A stretch of DNA of 64,000 nt from Pelagomonas calceolata (lineage: Eukaryota). The stretch lies in NCBI GenBank assembly GCA_918797485.1, contig CAKKNE010000001.1, forward strand, positions 4,650,001 through 4,714,000. Reading direction: 5' to 3'. Below are positions 21,902-33,279 of the stretch, in pieces (the stretch's first letter is position 1; every line of letters starts with the position of its first letter). The notes below the pieces were generated by a model. The model did no database searches. It saw only the letters and a program-made list of their open reading frames with translations, and was not told the origin of the DNA. Position numbers and translations under genes: made by a program.

Positions 21902-24900
21902 GGCTTGCTACGGATGCTGGTAACCTGAAAAAAAAAAAAAGAGGGGGGGGAAAAGGAAAGGTAAGAAAAGAAGGATGCTGCCTGTACACCTGGGCGGCAA
22001 GCTTTCGTACGACTTTCGATAGCAAAATTCCAATTAATTTCAATTTTTAGCAGCTAACAGAGGCTCAAAGGGGAGGGAGCGTACAGAACGGTCCCGGCCT
22101 GCTTTCCGAGACGTGGCGAGGGTCATCAAAAGGGCGCCCGCATTTGCAGGGGTTGGTGCAGTGTTCTCGGCCGCGGACGAGGTGGGCGCCCGTGGGCCGG
22201 CCGCACCGCAAGCACGTCGTCCGGCCGTCGACTCTTGGAGCAGGCACTGGCCTTGGTGGCGGCGGCATAAAGCCCCACGGCGTCGCCGGAGCCGTCGGGA
22301 GGGGCCTGTGCGGGAAGAAAAAGCCGGGCGGCGGCGGCGCGTTCGGGAGGGCGCAGCAGAAGGGCACGACGCCGGGAAACTGGATCGGCTGCCGCTCCGC
22401 GGGCGGCGGCGGCGGCACCCGGGTCGGCCCGCCGGGCTCCGCGGGCGGCGCGGTCGTCGCGTCCCGATCCGCGCGCTGATACCGGTATGCTTCCCGCACA
22501 TTCTGCTGGTCGGCCGGCGTCAGATCTTGAACTACTTCCACTGGATTATACCGACGGTCATACTCGTCGTAGAGCTGCTCCATCGTTTTCAACCTAAGCT
22601 TAAGATGAGCGTCGCCGGCGAGCTGCTTGTGTACCTCCGTGATAACACGTTCGGTCCACTCCGTCATGAACTTCTGGTAGGAGCTCGAGCTACTGCGCGT
22701 ATACTTCTTGTGGAGCTCTTCAAACAGTCTGCGCTCGTCCTCGCCGTCCGGGCCCTCGTTGAACGGCGTCGGCGCCTTGTCCTTCATGCCCGAGAGCTTC
22801 CCTAGGTGGTCAAACGACGTCGTGCGGTTGTTGATGGCCTTATTAACACTCACACGTTTCAAAGAATCGTCGCCGCCCTGGTCGACGTCCTCGACGATCA
22901 CGTCAAAGTGCCTCCCGTCGCCTTGATCGTCTACGTGCCACGCGAGGTGGATGGACGGCGCGTCGACGTCCACGGTTCCGTCGGGAAGAAGCTCCTGGTG
23001 GTACGGCACACGGCTCTCGGTTCGTCGGACACGACCATCAGGATGTATGATCGAGATGAAAATAGAAAAGCCGAACGCGAGGCCCAACCCCATCAACATC
23101 AAGTGGTCGCCCCAGCGACTATTTGGCGCCTTCTCGTTGTGCAAGTCATCCTCATTGGTCATCTCCTCGAACCAGCGGTCCCACGACCCGTGCCGCGCAG
23201 AAGCTTCGTTGTCGAGCGGGGCGCGGTCGGCGTGCACACGACTTTCTCGGTGCGTGCGCATACGTCGTGCCGCTTCAGTCCGCAGATTTATGATCTCTCG
23301 GCGCACCACAAGATCGTTGCCGTCCTTCCAGTCGATTTCAGCAGTAAAAGGGCTGGCCTTATACGTGAGGCTGCAGCCGCAAACGCCCGGTAGAGGCACC
23401 TGCCGTCGCCACGCACGGTCTGGACGAAGGATTGCGGCTGGGGCACGTCCGGGGGCGCGTCGTCCTCGGGGCTGACTGGCGTGGGGTCGTCATTCAAGTT
23501 CAGACGCGACAAGTCGACGATGTTCTGGCACTCCATTCCAAACTTTTCGTCCCCTCGGCCACGCTCATTAATGTTGAGCTTTGGGAAGGGGAGGTCGTCG
23601 GTCTGAGGGGCGAAGGATGCGGCGATACTATTGATCACCGCTAGCGTCTCGTGGTGGTACGTGTGGTAGTCCACGTCGCCGAGCTTGTCGATGCCGCGGT
23701 CGATGTTCCAGCGGTAGATGAAGGACCCGACGGCGTGTTCCGCCCGGACAGTACCACAGGTCGTCGAGCCGATCGCTGCCCGAAGTAGGCGATGCATCGC
23801 TTCCGACTGCGAAGAACCACGGGAAGTAAAGTAGAGCGGCGGCGCAGGCCGACCAGGTCGCCTCGATCGTGAAGCCTTCGCTGGCCGCGACGTGTAGAGG
23901 CGCGCTCCGGGCGGGTCCGACAGGCATCCCTGGCATGCAGCCCTAGGCGTCGTGCCAGGCGTCGGGCACGCGGCATTTAGATGGACCCTGCACACATGCT
24001 TCATCTGCTTCTTTTTGACCGAAGCAAATTTTTTCGGGTTGAAGAACAGAGGCCTATCAGCCACGGCGGCCATCTCCGCGTCGGTCTCGTTACCCTGAAT
24101 CTCGTTTTGCGCCGCGGCCGCGAGGATTGCGGTGTCTCGCTTCACGAAGACGTTCAGGACGTTCTCGATATTCTCACGAAGTTGTTTCGGCGGCGGCACC
24201 ACGCGGCGGCACATGCCGTAGATCTCCCCGCGTTTCTTCTTCGGGTAGTAATCCGTAAGTAAGGCGACGTCATTGGGGTCTGGTACAAGCACGGCGTCGC
24301 GTAGCATCGCCCGGAACTGCCAGCGGAGCTTGTGGGTCGATGGTATCGAGATGGCCTCGTCCCAGCGAGCAAACCAGTGGAACGGGTCCAACAAAATAGG
24401 CACGTCGGGGAACACGCGGTTGAATGCTGTTCGCCGAGAACAGCAGTTGTCGATGTAGATTGCACTGGGCATGTAGTCGTCGCCGTGCATCTTTTTAAGG
24501 CGTGCCAGAAGTGCCGCGAAGTGCGGCTCGGTCTCCTCAAAAGCGTCCTCGCGATGGTGAAATCCATACCACATGACCTGTGTAGACCGACGGCGTCGAC
24601 GCCGCGTCGATGGCGTCGATGGAGTGGACGTCTGATTCGACGCTGTAGTAGCACCTGGCCCGCCTCGTTTACGACAGAAGCGAACCCTCCAAAAGGCTTA
24701 AACAGCATGCCCGAGTCCGGGTGGTAGCACACGATTTTCTCGGCGATCTTGTAGGTGAAATCTGTCTTAAGTACCTGGCCAGACAGACCGGCGAGTTGGG
24801 TAGTGACAAACTCGCGTCGGTCAGACCACATCCCTGCAGCAATATCATCAACGATGTCTCGGCCCACAAATACGCCGTTCCACCCATTTTTATCGTCGAA

Positions 24901-26327
24901 GTCCAGGAAAGGAGGCGGGACGTAGCGAACAGTTCCGTTCTCAGCGTTCTGCGCAGCTTCGCGTTCTTCCATCGCGGCCTTGCAGGCAGCAGCCGCAGCG
25001 CGCCGGTCGGCGAGCTTCTCCACGTCGTTCGGTTGCTCTGGTTGAGAAGGAGGAGTAGTAGGCGGCGGCCACGAGCCGTACTTCTCCTCGAGATACTCCA
25101 GCGCCATCGCTTTATAATGTTGGAGCGCCTTCAATTGGTCAGAGCGGTCGCGCTTCTTGGACACTGACCGAGCAATCAGCGCCGATTCCTGCACGGCCTC
25201 CAGGTCCTGGATACTATGAACGTTGATTTCTCTGAACATCGCAACCTTCCCTGGTCCAAAACCCCTCAGTTCTGATAGTCTATCAATGCGAGGGGCTGCT
25301 CGCCGTTCGTCTCGAGCTCGCCGCGCAGCGCCGAGTTGATTCACGACCTCCGCAGCAGTCCTCGCATCTGCGAGACTACCTCTAGCAACACCGAGCGCTA
25401 GTCGAGCTGGACGTTGATTGGTGTTGTTTGTCCTCTCGGCCGAAGTGAGACGACCGTGAAGTGCCCAATAGTTCAGCTGCTGGCCGTAGTAATATTCGAT
25501 GTAGAAGTGCTGGAGTATTCGTACTGTAGGAGCTGTTCCGAGCGGGTCCCAGGCGTCCTCGATCAGCTTTGCCTGTGTGTAAATCGACTATTACTGACAC
25601 GTCGACGCCGTCGACGCCGTCGACGCTGGGCCGCACGAGGTCAGCTTCCACGGCGTACTTCTTGCCCTTGAAAATGTTGAAAAACGACCGCACATGGATC
25701 GGGCACTGCGCGATGGACTTTGGATCTGTCAAGCGAAAAAGTATACCACAACGCTTGCACTTGAGCCGCACGGTGTCCAACCACCAGTGGTCGTGGACGC
25801 CAAAGACGCGCACGACGTTCGATGGCCATACTTTCGACTTTACGTCCACCATCGAATCCTTGCCAATGCAGCAGTCATTTGGACAAGGTGGTGCTGGTAG
25901 TTCATTATGGAAGAAGATGTGTGGCAACCACACGCCGATGGGGCGTCGGTACCACTGCTCGCGCTGAGGCGGTTGGCGCGTGCGCGCCGCGCGCCATGCC
26001 GCGTCCGGCGGGTTCCAGTGCCAACCATTGGAGAATATTTCTTCGCAGAGCTGCTGAGGGCTGCCCCACAACGTGTCGATGCGTCGCCGCAGCCTCTGGA
26101 CGTCGTCGCGGACGTGCGGCCCACAGGACCACTGGCCAGTGTTTTTTTTGGCCGGTGCTGGCGCCGGCGCCGGCGCCGGGACGTCGTCAGCAGCCGCGAG
26201 GGCCGCTAGGACGCAGCCGATCACAGTCAGGGTGCGCATTTTACCCTCTCCCGGCCAAAAACACGCTGCCGAAAAGGTAAACTTACACATACCATAAGTG
26301 CACTTTTACCGGTATCCGTAGCCGGTC
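21902..26327 (-). mobile_element. 4.4-kb DNA transposon with imperfect TIRs and 8-bp TSD
   Basis: CCACTAGG flanks both ends (21894-21901, 26328-26335). Termini GGCTTGCTACGGATGCTGGTAA vs reverse complement GACCGGCTACGGATACCGGTAA (17/22). Encloses a transposase gene. Confidence 0.82.
22065..26290 (-). CDS. Dada/DUF6729-like DDE transposase fused to OTU-like protease; two introns and one apparent frameshift
   Basis: Motifs WLP..CP..R...CKRC, LKTDFTYK, VVNEAGQV, YIDNCC, LDPFHW, RGSSQSEAMH; OTU GDGRCLYRA..WGDH..HFD; C-terminal Cys/His knuckle. Introns 25573-25636 and 24578-24654 restore frame; frame change near 23340-23390. Alternative start at 26239. Confidence 0.75.
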
Positions 26328-26526
26328 CCACTAGGAATCGTTTGGAGCTGCTGCCCCTTCGGAGAGCCGCGCGCTGCCTGGCGCATCGCTGCCTCCGCCG
26401 CCGCCGCGAGCTCACGACCGCCCACGACGCCGCCGCCGCGCCGCCGCCACGCTGCCCGCGCCGCTCCGCGCGCCGGACTCTGTCCGCACCACCTTGGCAG
26501 CCCCTGGGGCGCCTGCGTCGCGCAAT

Positions 26527-26730
26527 ATGTCCGACGATCATAGCGCCACGCGCAAAACGGACCGCACGTCGCAGGAGCTCGACGCGGTGCGCGCCATGGT
26601 GGCGGAGATGCGAAGGGATATTGCCGCGCTCCGGGCCGAGCTCGGGTCCGACGCGGAGCCCCACCACGTCGCGCCGTGGCCCACGGCGGCCTCGGCCTAT
26701 GCGTCCATACCCACCGTGCCCCGCGTGTGA
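26527..26730 (+). CDS. Possible small coiled-coil protein
   Basis: 67-aa ORF with heptad-like ELDAVRAMVAEMRRDIAALRAEL and GC3 bias; no recognised family. Confidence 0.35.
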   Translation: MSDDHSATRKTDRTSQELDAVRAMVAEMRRDIAALRAELGSDAEPHHVAPWPTAASAYASIPTVPRV

Positions 26731-27081
26731 TCATGTTTTCCGTGTAAATTGATTTGTACCTGGCCGCGGCGTCGTCGGCGGCGTGAGCGTAGTCCGCGGC
26801 CCGGCTCCTTTCGAGCCGGCTGGACGAGGCTCGGCGAAGGCTCGGGAGGCCTCCATAAATGACACGGTCGCGCGGTGACTTGGGCTAGCGCTTAGAGGCA
26901 CTAGCCAACTTCTTGGCTAAAAACTGAGCAAGGCGCAGCGAAACGCAGCAGCGCAGGGTTTATCCGCGCTCGAGGGCATTTCAGAGCTAGACCAACGCTC
27001 TCGCCGCGGACCCAGCCAAGCCGCGCCGAGCGCGCTCCCCCGCGGCCGCAATTGAAGCGCACCACCTTGGACACCAGTAGA

Positions 27082-27720
27082 ATGCTGCGCGCAGCGTTCG
27101 CGCGCGTCGCCCGCGCGGCGGCGCCGCCCGCGCGCGCCGCCATGCGGCCCGCGCGCGCCGCCGCCCCCCGCACGACGCAAACGCGGTTCTTGGCCTCGTC
27201 CCTCCAGGAGACGAAGTCCGTCGACGACTTTTTACAAGCCCCGCCGGAAAATAAAGTCGAGTTCATGGTCACGAAGGTCGATGAATTGGTGAACTGGGCG
27301 CGCAAGGGCTCGCTCTGGCCCATGACCTTTGGGCTGGCCTGCTGCGCGGTCGAGATGATGCACTCGGCGACTTCCAGATACGACATGGAGCGTTTTGGGA
27401 TGGTGTTTCGAGCCTCACCTAGACAGTCCGACGTCATGATCGTCGCCGGCACGCTCACGAACAAGATGGCGCCGGCCCTTCGCAAAGTCTACGACCAGAT
27501 GCCCGAGCCGCGCTGGGTGCTGTCCATGGGCTCGTGTGCCAACGGCGGCGGCTACTACCACTACTCCTACTCCGTGGTGAGGGGCGTGGACCGCATCGTG
27601 CCCGTGGACATCTACGTGCCGGGCTGCCCGCCGACGGCGGAGGCGCTGCTGTACGGGCTCCTGCAGCTCCAGAAGAAGGTCAAGTCGAACCGTAGTTTAT
27701 TGCTCCGGCTGCGCAAGTAA
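27082..27720 (+). CDS. NDUFS7: Mitochondrial complex I PSST/20-kDa subunit
   Basis: [52 protein letters not shown]; Arg/Ala-rich presequence. Confidence 0.97.
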   Translation: MLRAAFARVARAAAPPARAAMRPARAAAPRTTQTRFLASSLQETKSVDDFLQAPPENKVEFMVTKVDELVNWARKGSLWPMTFGLACCAVEMMHSATSRYDMERFGMVFRASPRQSDVMIVAGTLTNKMAPALRKVYDQMPEPRWVLSMGSCANGGGYYHYSYSVVRGVDRIVPVDIYVPGCPPTAEALLYGLLQLQKKVKSNRSLLLRLRK

Positions 27721-29597
27721 TTTGCTGTTTATATATTGCGTGTTCGTCGCGGCGACGGCGTGCGGGGGTTTCGAACGTCTGTCGGCACGCGACGCGCACG
27801 TCGTCACGCCATCGCCGCTTCAACGACGTCTAAACGGGCTCCCAAATTCAAGATTCATCATAGTCGTCCACTGAGACCATTTCTGTACGAATAGCGCCCA
27901 GGAATGCAGCAGCAAGAAACTAGCGTGTGACATACTAGCAAATCCAAAGATACGCTCCGATAGCGTCCAAAGAATGACCGAAAATCAGAATACATTCCTG
28001 TTGATCGCCGCGACCAAAGAGTTTAGAATAGAGGCCCGGGAACATACCCTCGCGCCTCCCGGAAGGCACCGCCCGCGACATTCGCGGACGAGTCTTACGG
28101 CTTGCCAAAGTACACCAGCGATTGACGCCGCAATCTACCGTCCAGATGGGACATTATATCAACTCCAGCCCAGTTTTCATACAAGTTCGACGGAACCGGA
28201 GCCGACGGCCCGCGCTCGGAGGGCGGGAAAAGAATTCTACTAGACAACTCCCGAGTTTATGTTCGTTTCCTTCCGTTTGTTGGGGGTAGAGTCCATCCAG
28301 CCCGCCTCAACATTTACTGAGCCCAGTCTCTTGATCCGTACGAGCCGCGGGATTCGACGACTTCGGTACCGCGCGTTTGTGCATAGACAAGCCTAGAACC
28401 CAAAACCGCGAGTATCAGCGACGACACCATCCAGATGGACCATGACGCCGTTGTTCTATTCACAATCGACCGACTTGCCCGTTCTCCGCGGACGACGGTG
28501 CGTACGCGGGGCACTGGAAAGGCCCCAGACCCGTGAGTTATGAAATAAAATTGCGTTTCAGGCGCTTCGGTTGAGGGACGGGCCAGCTAACCGGGCTGAG
28601 CGGCTACTACATGCTAGAGACCCAAAGATGCTCGGCGCGGGTCGTCGGTCTCGCGAGCCCACAATCTGGCTATATTTGGCTCCAGACCCGGACCTGCGGC
28701 CATCAGCCCGTGTACCATCACCATGGACCATGAAACGATCATTTGTTCTATGATTGACCGACTTGCGCGAGGTCCAGATCAAGATGTTCACGTCCCGAGC
28801 GTGGTCGGCCCAAAGTACCCTTCTCATGGTGTAGATGTCATATACTTGTAGTTGACTATCGGTGGGGTAGTATGGGGTCCGACGGGACCGCTACGGCGAC
28901 TACTGGGTGCCCTCGGGTAATTGACGTTTTTGACGGGAACGGGGCGCCATCGGGCCCAAATTGCACACTTTTTTCGGATGTAGATCGGCTCGCGGACTCC
29001 CTCCGGGATAGGTCTGGGGTCGGGTGGTCGCCGAAGCCGCATGCGCCGGTGCTTGGGGCTCTCCAGAGAGCTCTGGATCCAAAACCTTGGCATTTTGTGC
29101 AATAGCTATTCAGCTGGAGATGCATCTTGGCAGATGTATCTGAAGCGGGAAGCGGCCGCGCATGCGGCGTAGGCGATTGCACATGTATTGTACCGACCCC
29201 GAACGGCCTCCGAGGGACCTCGGGACCACGAATCGACAGGAATCCACCGACGCGCCCGCCATGGCGGCGTCGTCAATTTCGCGAATTAAAAAAATTAATT
29301 TTTTCGGCCCCCAGGAAGTGTCCCATTGATCTCTTTGGACCACGAGCGAACCGAACGCTCCTCAAACAGCTGCAATGCGCGTTCCGAGTGCATGCTAGTG
29401 TCTTACATCGCTATCCAGGCTCCCTGCGCAATCGAGCTTGACTGCCAGTATTCACCATCAAACCGCCCTCCGCGGGCGTACAGAGCCATGCGAGCAACCC
29501 CTGTGAACGCTCCGCTCCCTCATTGCATCTGTATCGGCATTCTGATTGCAGGTGACACCACAAGCCACTGCACACTGCACAGACAGCACCTCCTGTG

Positions 29598-31163
29598 ATG
29601 GCATCATTAGACGCCCTCGCCGCGACAGCAGGAGGCGCGGCACCAGCAGACGCCATCGCCGCGACAGCAGGACACGCGGCGATCGAAGCGGCCAAAACCG
29701 GCGACCTCCCAAAACTAGCCGCCGCGGGCGACGGGGCGCTGCGCGCCGTCGACGCCTACGGCTCGAACGCGCTGCACTGGGCCGCCGGCCGCGGCCACCT
29801 GGCTTTGGTAAGGCACCTCGTGCAGGACCGGGGGATGGACGCTTCATTTCCAGCAAATCCGCCGCGGCGCCGCGACGCGCCGACGACGCGCGGCCGGACC
29901 GCGCTCCACTACGCGGCGCGCAACGGCCACCTTGACGTCGTCGAGTATCTGGTAAAGCGGCCCGACGTCGACGCGGACGCGCGCGCCGAGGGCGGCGTCT
30001 CGCCCGCGCAATTAGCCTGCTGGCGCAACGAATTTGACGTTGTGAAACGCCTCGTCGCCGCCGGCGTCGACGTTTCACAAAAAAACGACGCCGGCTGCGG
30101 CTTCGCGCACTGGCTCGCCTGCGCGCCGCGGGACGCGGGCGACCTCCGGCCGCTCGCGGCGTGGCTCGCCGCGCGGCTCGGTCCTACTGCTCTTGCCGTC
30201 GAGCCGAACGGCCACGGCCACACGTGCCTGCACAAGGCCGCCTTCGCGGGCCACTTTGACTTGTGCGCGTATCTGGTCTCGTGCTTTTTTGCGGCGTCCT
30301 GTTGTTCCTTCGCGTTGTGCATCGCGCGTTGTCTGCCGTCGTCGCGTCGACGGCGTGCTGACTGTGTACGTGTTCGTCGCGTCTAAAGCGTACCGATGGG
30401 GACGCGTCCGCCTCGACGCTGTCTCCTCTACGCCGTTGACTGATGTACACGTCCGCCTCAACGCCGTCGCCGCGCCACGTCCAGAGAACGGGCGCCACGC
30501 GCCACGCCATCGACGCGCCACGCACGCAGCCTCGGCGCCGACGACGCCGTGCTGGACGCGACGGGCGGCCGCGCCTCGGACGACGCCGACGCGGCCGGGC
30601 ACCCCGAGCTGCGCGACTTTTTGCGGCGGCACGCGGACCGCGCGAAAGATAAAGCGAGTCGCACGGCGTTGGGTTTGCCCGCGGCCGGCGCGCTCGACGC
30701 GGTTCACGTAAGGGACGCGTTTCGGGAAAAAGCGCTCGCGACGCACCCCGACCGGGCGGTCGGCGACGACGCCGCCTTCGTGGAGGCGCGGGCGGCGCGC
30801 GATTACTTGAGCGGCGTGGTTGATGAGGACGCTCGAGTGACACGGCGCCTGCCGTTACTGATCGAGGCGCTCGGGCCCGCACCGGGCGAGGCGCGCGCTC
30901 ATGTGTTCGCGGCGCGCGTCGTCGCCGCGATTCTAGAACACGGCGACGGCGGCGTCGCGCTCGCACACCTCCCGAAAAAGTTCCGTCTTTTATGGGGCCG
31001 CGAGTTCGGCGAGGCGGCGGCGGCGGCCGGCTTTCCGCAGCGGGGCGTGAAGCGCGTTCTCTGGCGGCTGAAGTACGCCGTCCGTATTTCGAAGGGAGAG
31101 CCGCCGATGGCTTTTTCGCGGGTGTTGTGTTCGGAGGTGCGGGCGCGGCTCGAGGCTTCTTGA
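29598..31163 (+). CDS. Ankyrin-repeat protein with J-domain-like region and possible LOTUS/OST-HTH-like C-terminus
   Basis: Ankyrin repeats (GSNALHWAA, GRTALHYAA, GHTCLHKAA); intron 30281-30529; then VRDAFREKALATHPDR (HPD). Confidence 0.72.
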
Positions 31164-31239
31164 CTGGCGCGATGTTTGTGTGGTGGTGGTGTTTTTGTGC
31201 TTAACGATTGTCACTTGACCCGTGATCTTGCCTTGGCGC

Positions 31240-31291
31240 GGGTTTTTTGTCGGTCCCGTGTAAATCGCAAGGAATAAGGGAATCAGCTCTC
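31240..31291 (+). promoter_or_regulatory. Candidate upstream Pol III promoter of permuted tRNA-Leu(CAG)
   Basis: GGGTTTTT-N10-GTGTAAAT-N18-CAGCTCTC; matches 18705-18757. Confidence 0.5.
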
Positions 31292-31305
31292 GAGACGCTT
31301 GGAAG

Positions 31306-31443
31306 TACTGGTCTTTTCGAAGGCGTGGGTTCGAGTTCTCTAGTCGGAACGATCCTAACCCCACGGTCCGTAGATACATCGCGGATCTGAAACCTGAACA
31401 TCAAGGTTGAGTTTGCCGAGCGGTCTAAGGCGCCAGTTTCAGG
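31306..31443 (+). tRNA. Circularly permuted tRNA-Leu(CAG) with two ectopic introns
   Basis: 3' half 31306-31372, spacer 31373-31380, 5' half 31381-31443; introns 31334-31356 and 31390-31414. Reassembles to GCGGATC TG GCCGAGCGGTCTAAGGC G CCAGT TTCAGGT ACTGG TCTTTTCGAAGGC GTGGG TTCGAAC CCCAC GGTCCGT A. Confidence 0.9.
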
Positions 31444-31453
31444 TAGATGTCTC

Positions 31454-31461
31454 TTTTTTTT
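31454..31461 (+). terminator. Pol III T-run terminator
   Basis: T8 right after the trailer AGATGTCTC. Confidence 0.75.
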
Positions 31462-31790
31462 GTTTTTTTTGTTTTGTTTTTTTTGTGCCCCGGCCGCGCC
31501 CCCGTCTTTTTGAGCCACCCCGAGGGCCGCGCGCGCGCCGTCGGCGAACTAGTCTCCTATTATCTCCACCAGGGGTCTCTAGGCGCTCCAGGAGAAGCCT
31601 CCGTACTCGTATCGAGCGCACCAAGCGACCCCGGGCAGAAAGCTCCTCGGATCTCAGTTCCAGGTGTCCTCGCAGTTGACCGCGGCGCACGCACGCGGTG
31701 AACGAGAAAGGCTGCGGCAAAGCAGCTGAATCGGCTCAGGACATCCGTCGCGCCGCCCTGAGAAAGCAGCGCCGCGTATCAACGAGCACA

Positions 31791-33279
31791 ATGCGACTAC
31801 GAACCCAATGCTTACTACTCTGCGCAACAAACGCAGCCGCGCTGCAGCTCCAACCAGCCCCGCAGCTCATCTTACTACTCTGCGCAACAAACGCAGCCGC
31901 GCTGCAGCTCCAACCAGCCCCGCAGCTCATCAAAAGACCACACCAGCAGCCGCGCGTCATCCTCACGACCGAACAAGTGGAAAAGCTCGAGCGCAGCGTC
32001 GCCGCGGCGCTGCCGGCCGTCGGGCAGTGGGCCGCGTTCGGCGGCGTCGTGTCTGCGTTCACTGGTTTCCTCTGGGGATGGGCCGGCCTGCCCGCGGCAG
32101 GGCTCTACGCGTCGTCCGTCGCGAGCGGGACGGCGTGGGCCCTCGCCTGGGATCACATCATGCCGGGCGGCTCGTACGCGGCGTCCTTTTTATATCGTCT
32201 CCACGCCATCGACGCGTCTGCTCGATGGCGTCTGCTCGATGGCGTGCCGGTGACGCGATGTCAGCTCGCTGGACCTCCACGCTATCGACGCGACGTCAGC
32301 TCGACTCACTGGTAACACACGCAGGTGGCCGGCGAGTCGCCGAGATGATGGGCGGCACGACGGTCGGCGTGCCGTGTAGCGTTCGCGACGCCGTGGCAAA
32401 GACCGCCGCCGCCGCGAAAATGCCCGCGCCGGCCGCGTACATCGTGCCGACCAAGGAACCGAACGCGTTTGCCGCGGGCCGCGGCCGCGACCGCGTCGTG
32501 GCCGTGACGCAAGGGCTCGTGGATCTCCTCGACCGGCGCAGACCCGTGCCGAAATCTCGACGACGTACCTCGCGTCGATAGCGTGCCTGCGCGTCGAGGC
32601 CAAGCAGCCACACCACGCCATCGCCACGCCGCGCAAGTCGCGAAGAAAGGACACCGCGACGCAGGCGGGAGCTCGAGGCCGTCGTGGCCCACGAAGTCGG
32701 CCACCTCAAGCACGGCGACACGGGCCGCGCCGCACAAGCCGCGGCCATGCTCTCGGGCCTCTCGGCCGCGAAACGCGCCGGCGACCGCATGGTAGCGAAC
32801 AAGCGAAAAGAGAAATCGGACGCGTCCGTCGCCGCGGCCCTCGCCGCCGCGGGCGCCGCCTCGTCGGCCGCGGGGCTGCTGCTCCGTCTCGCATGAATCC
32901 GCGCGCAAAATCACGCGGGCGATGGCGTGGAGGTGGGAGCCTCGCCGAAGACTAAAAAATCGCAACGCAGGCGGGAAGCCGGCGCGACGAGTTCGCCGCG
33001 GACGCCGTCGCCGCGCAGTTCGTCGACGCCGGCGCGCTGGCGGGCGCGCTCAAGAAGATCGAGGCCGCGGGCGCGCCGCGGGACAAGCTGCACGCGCGGG
33101 CGGGCGCCTACGCGCACGCGTACTTTAGCAACGACGACGGGCCGTCGCGCTGGCTCCGGACGCACCCGACCGTCGAGGCTCGGATCAACGCTCTAAAATC
33201 GGGCGCGCCGCCCGGACGCGCGCCGCCGCCGGCCTGGGCGCGGTTCGCCGCCGAGGCCGTCGCGGAGTCGGTCTCGTAA
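31791..33279 (+). CDS. Peptidase M48 (HtpX-like) with three GC-AG introns
   Basis: EPNAFAAG, VAVTQGL, ELEAVVAHEVGH, SRRDEFAAD, RTHPTVEARI; introns ~32167-32324, 32536-32664, 32891-32970. Confidence 0.85.
31811..31930 (+). repeat. Perfect 60-bp tandem duplication in signal-peptide region
   Basis: LLLCATNAAALQLQPAPQLI encoded twice by identical DNA. Confidence 0.95.

Noticed and set aside
26740..26826. GTGTAAAT followed by a GC-rich hairpin
   Set aside because: Lacks the other motif blocks, tRNA arms and a T-run.
31405..31414. Alternative parse of Leu-CAG with acceptor stem GTTGAGT/CCTGAAC
   Set aside because: It has mismatches and no BHB; GCGGATC/GGTCCGT pairs 7/7 and gives consistent splice sites.
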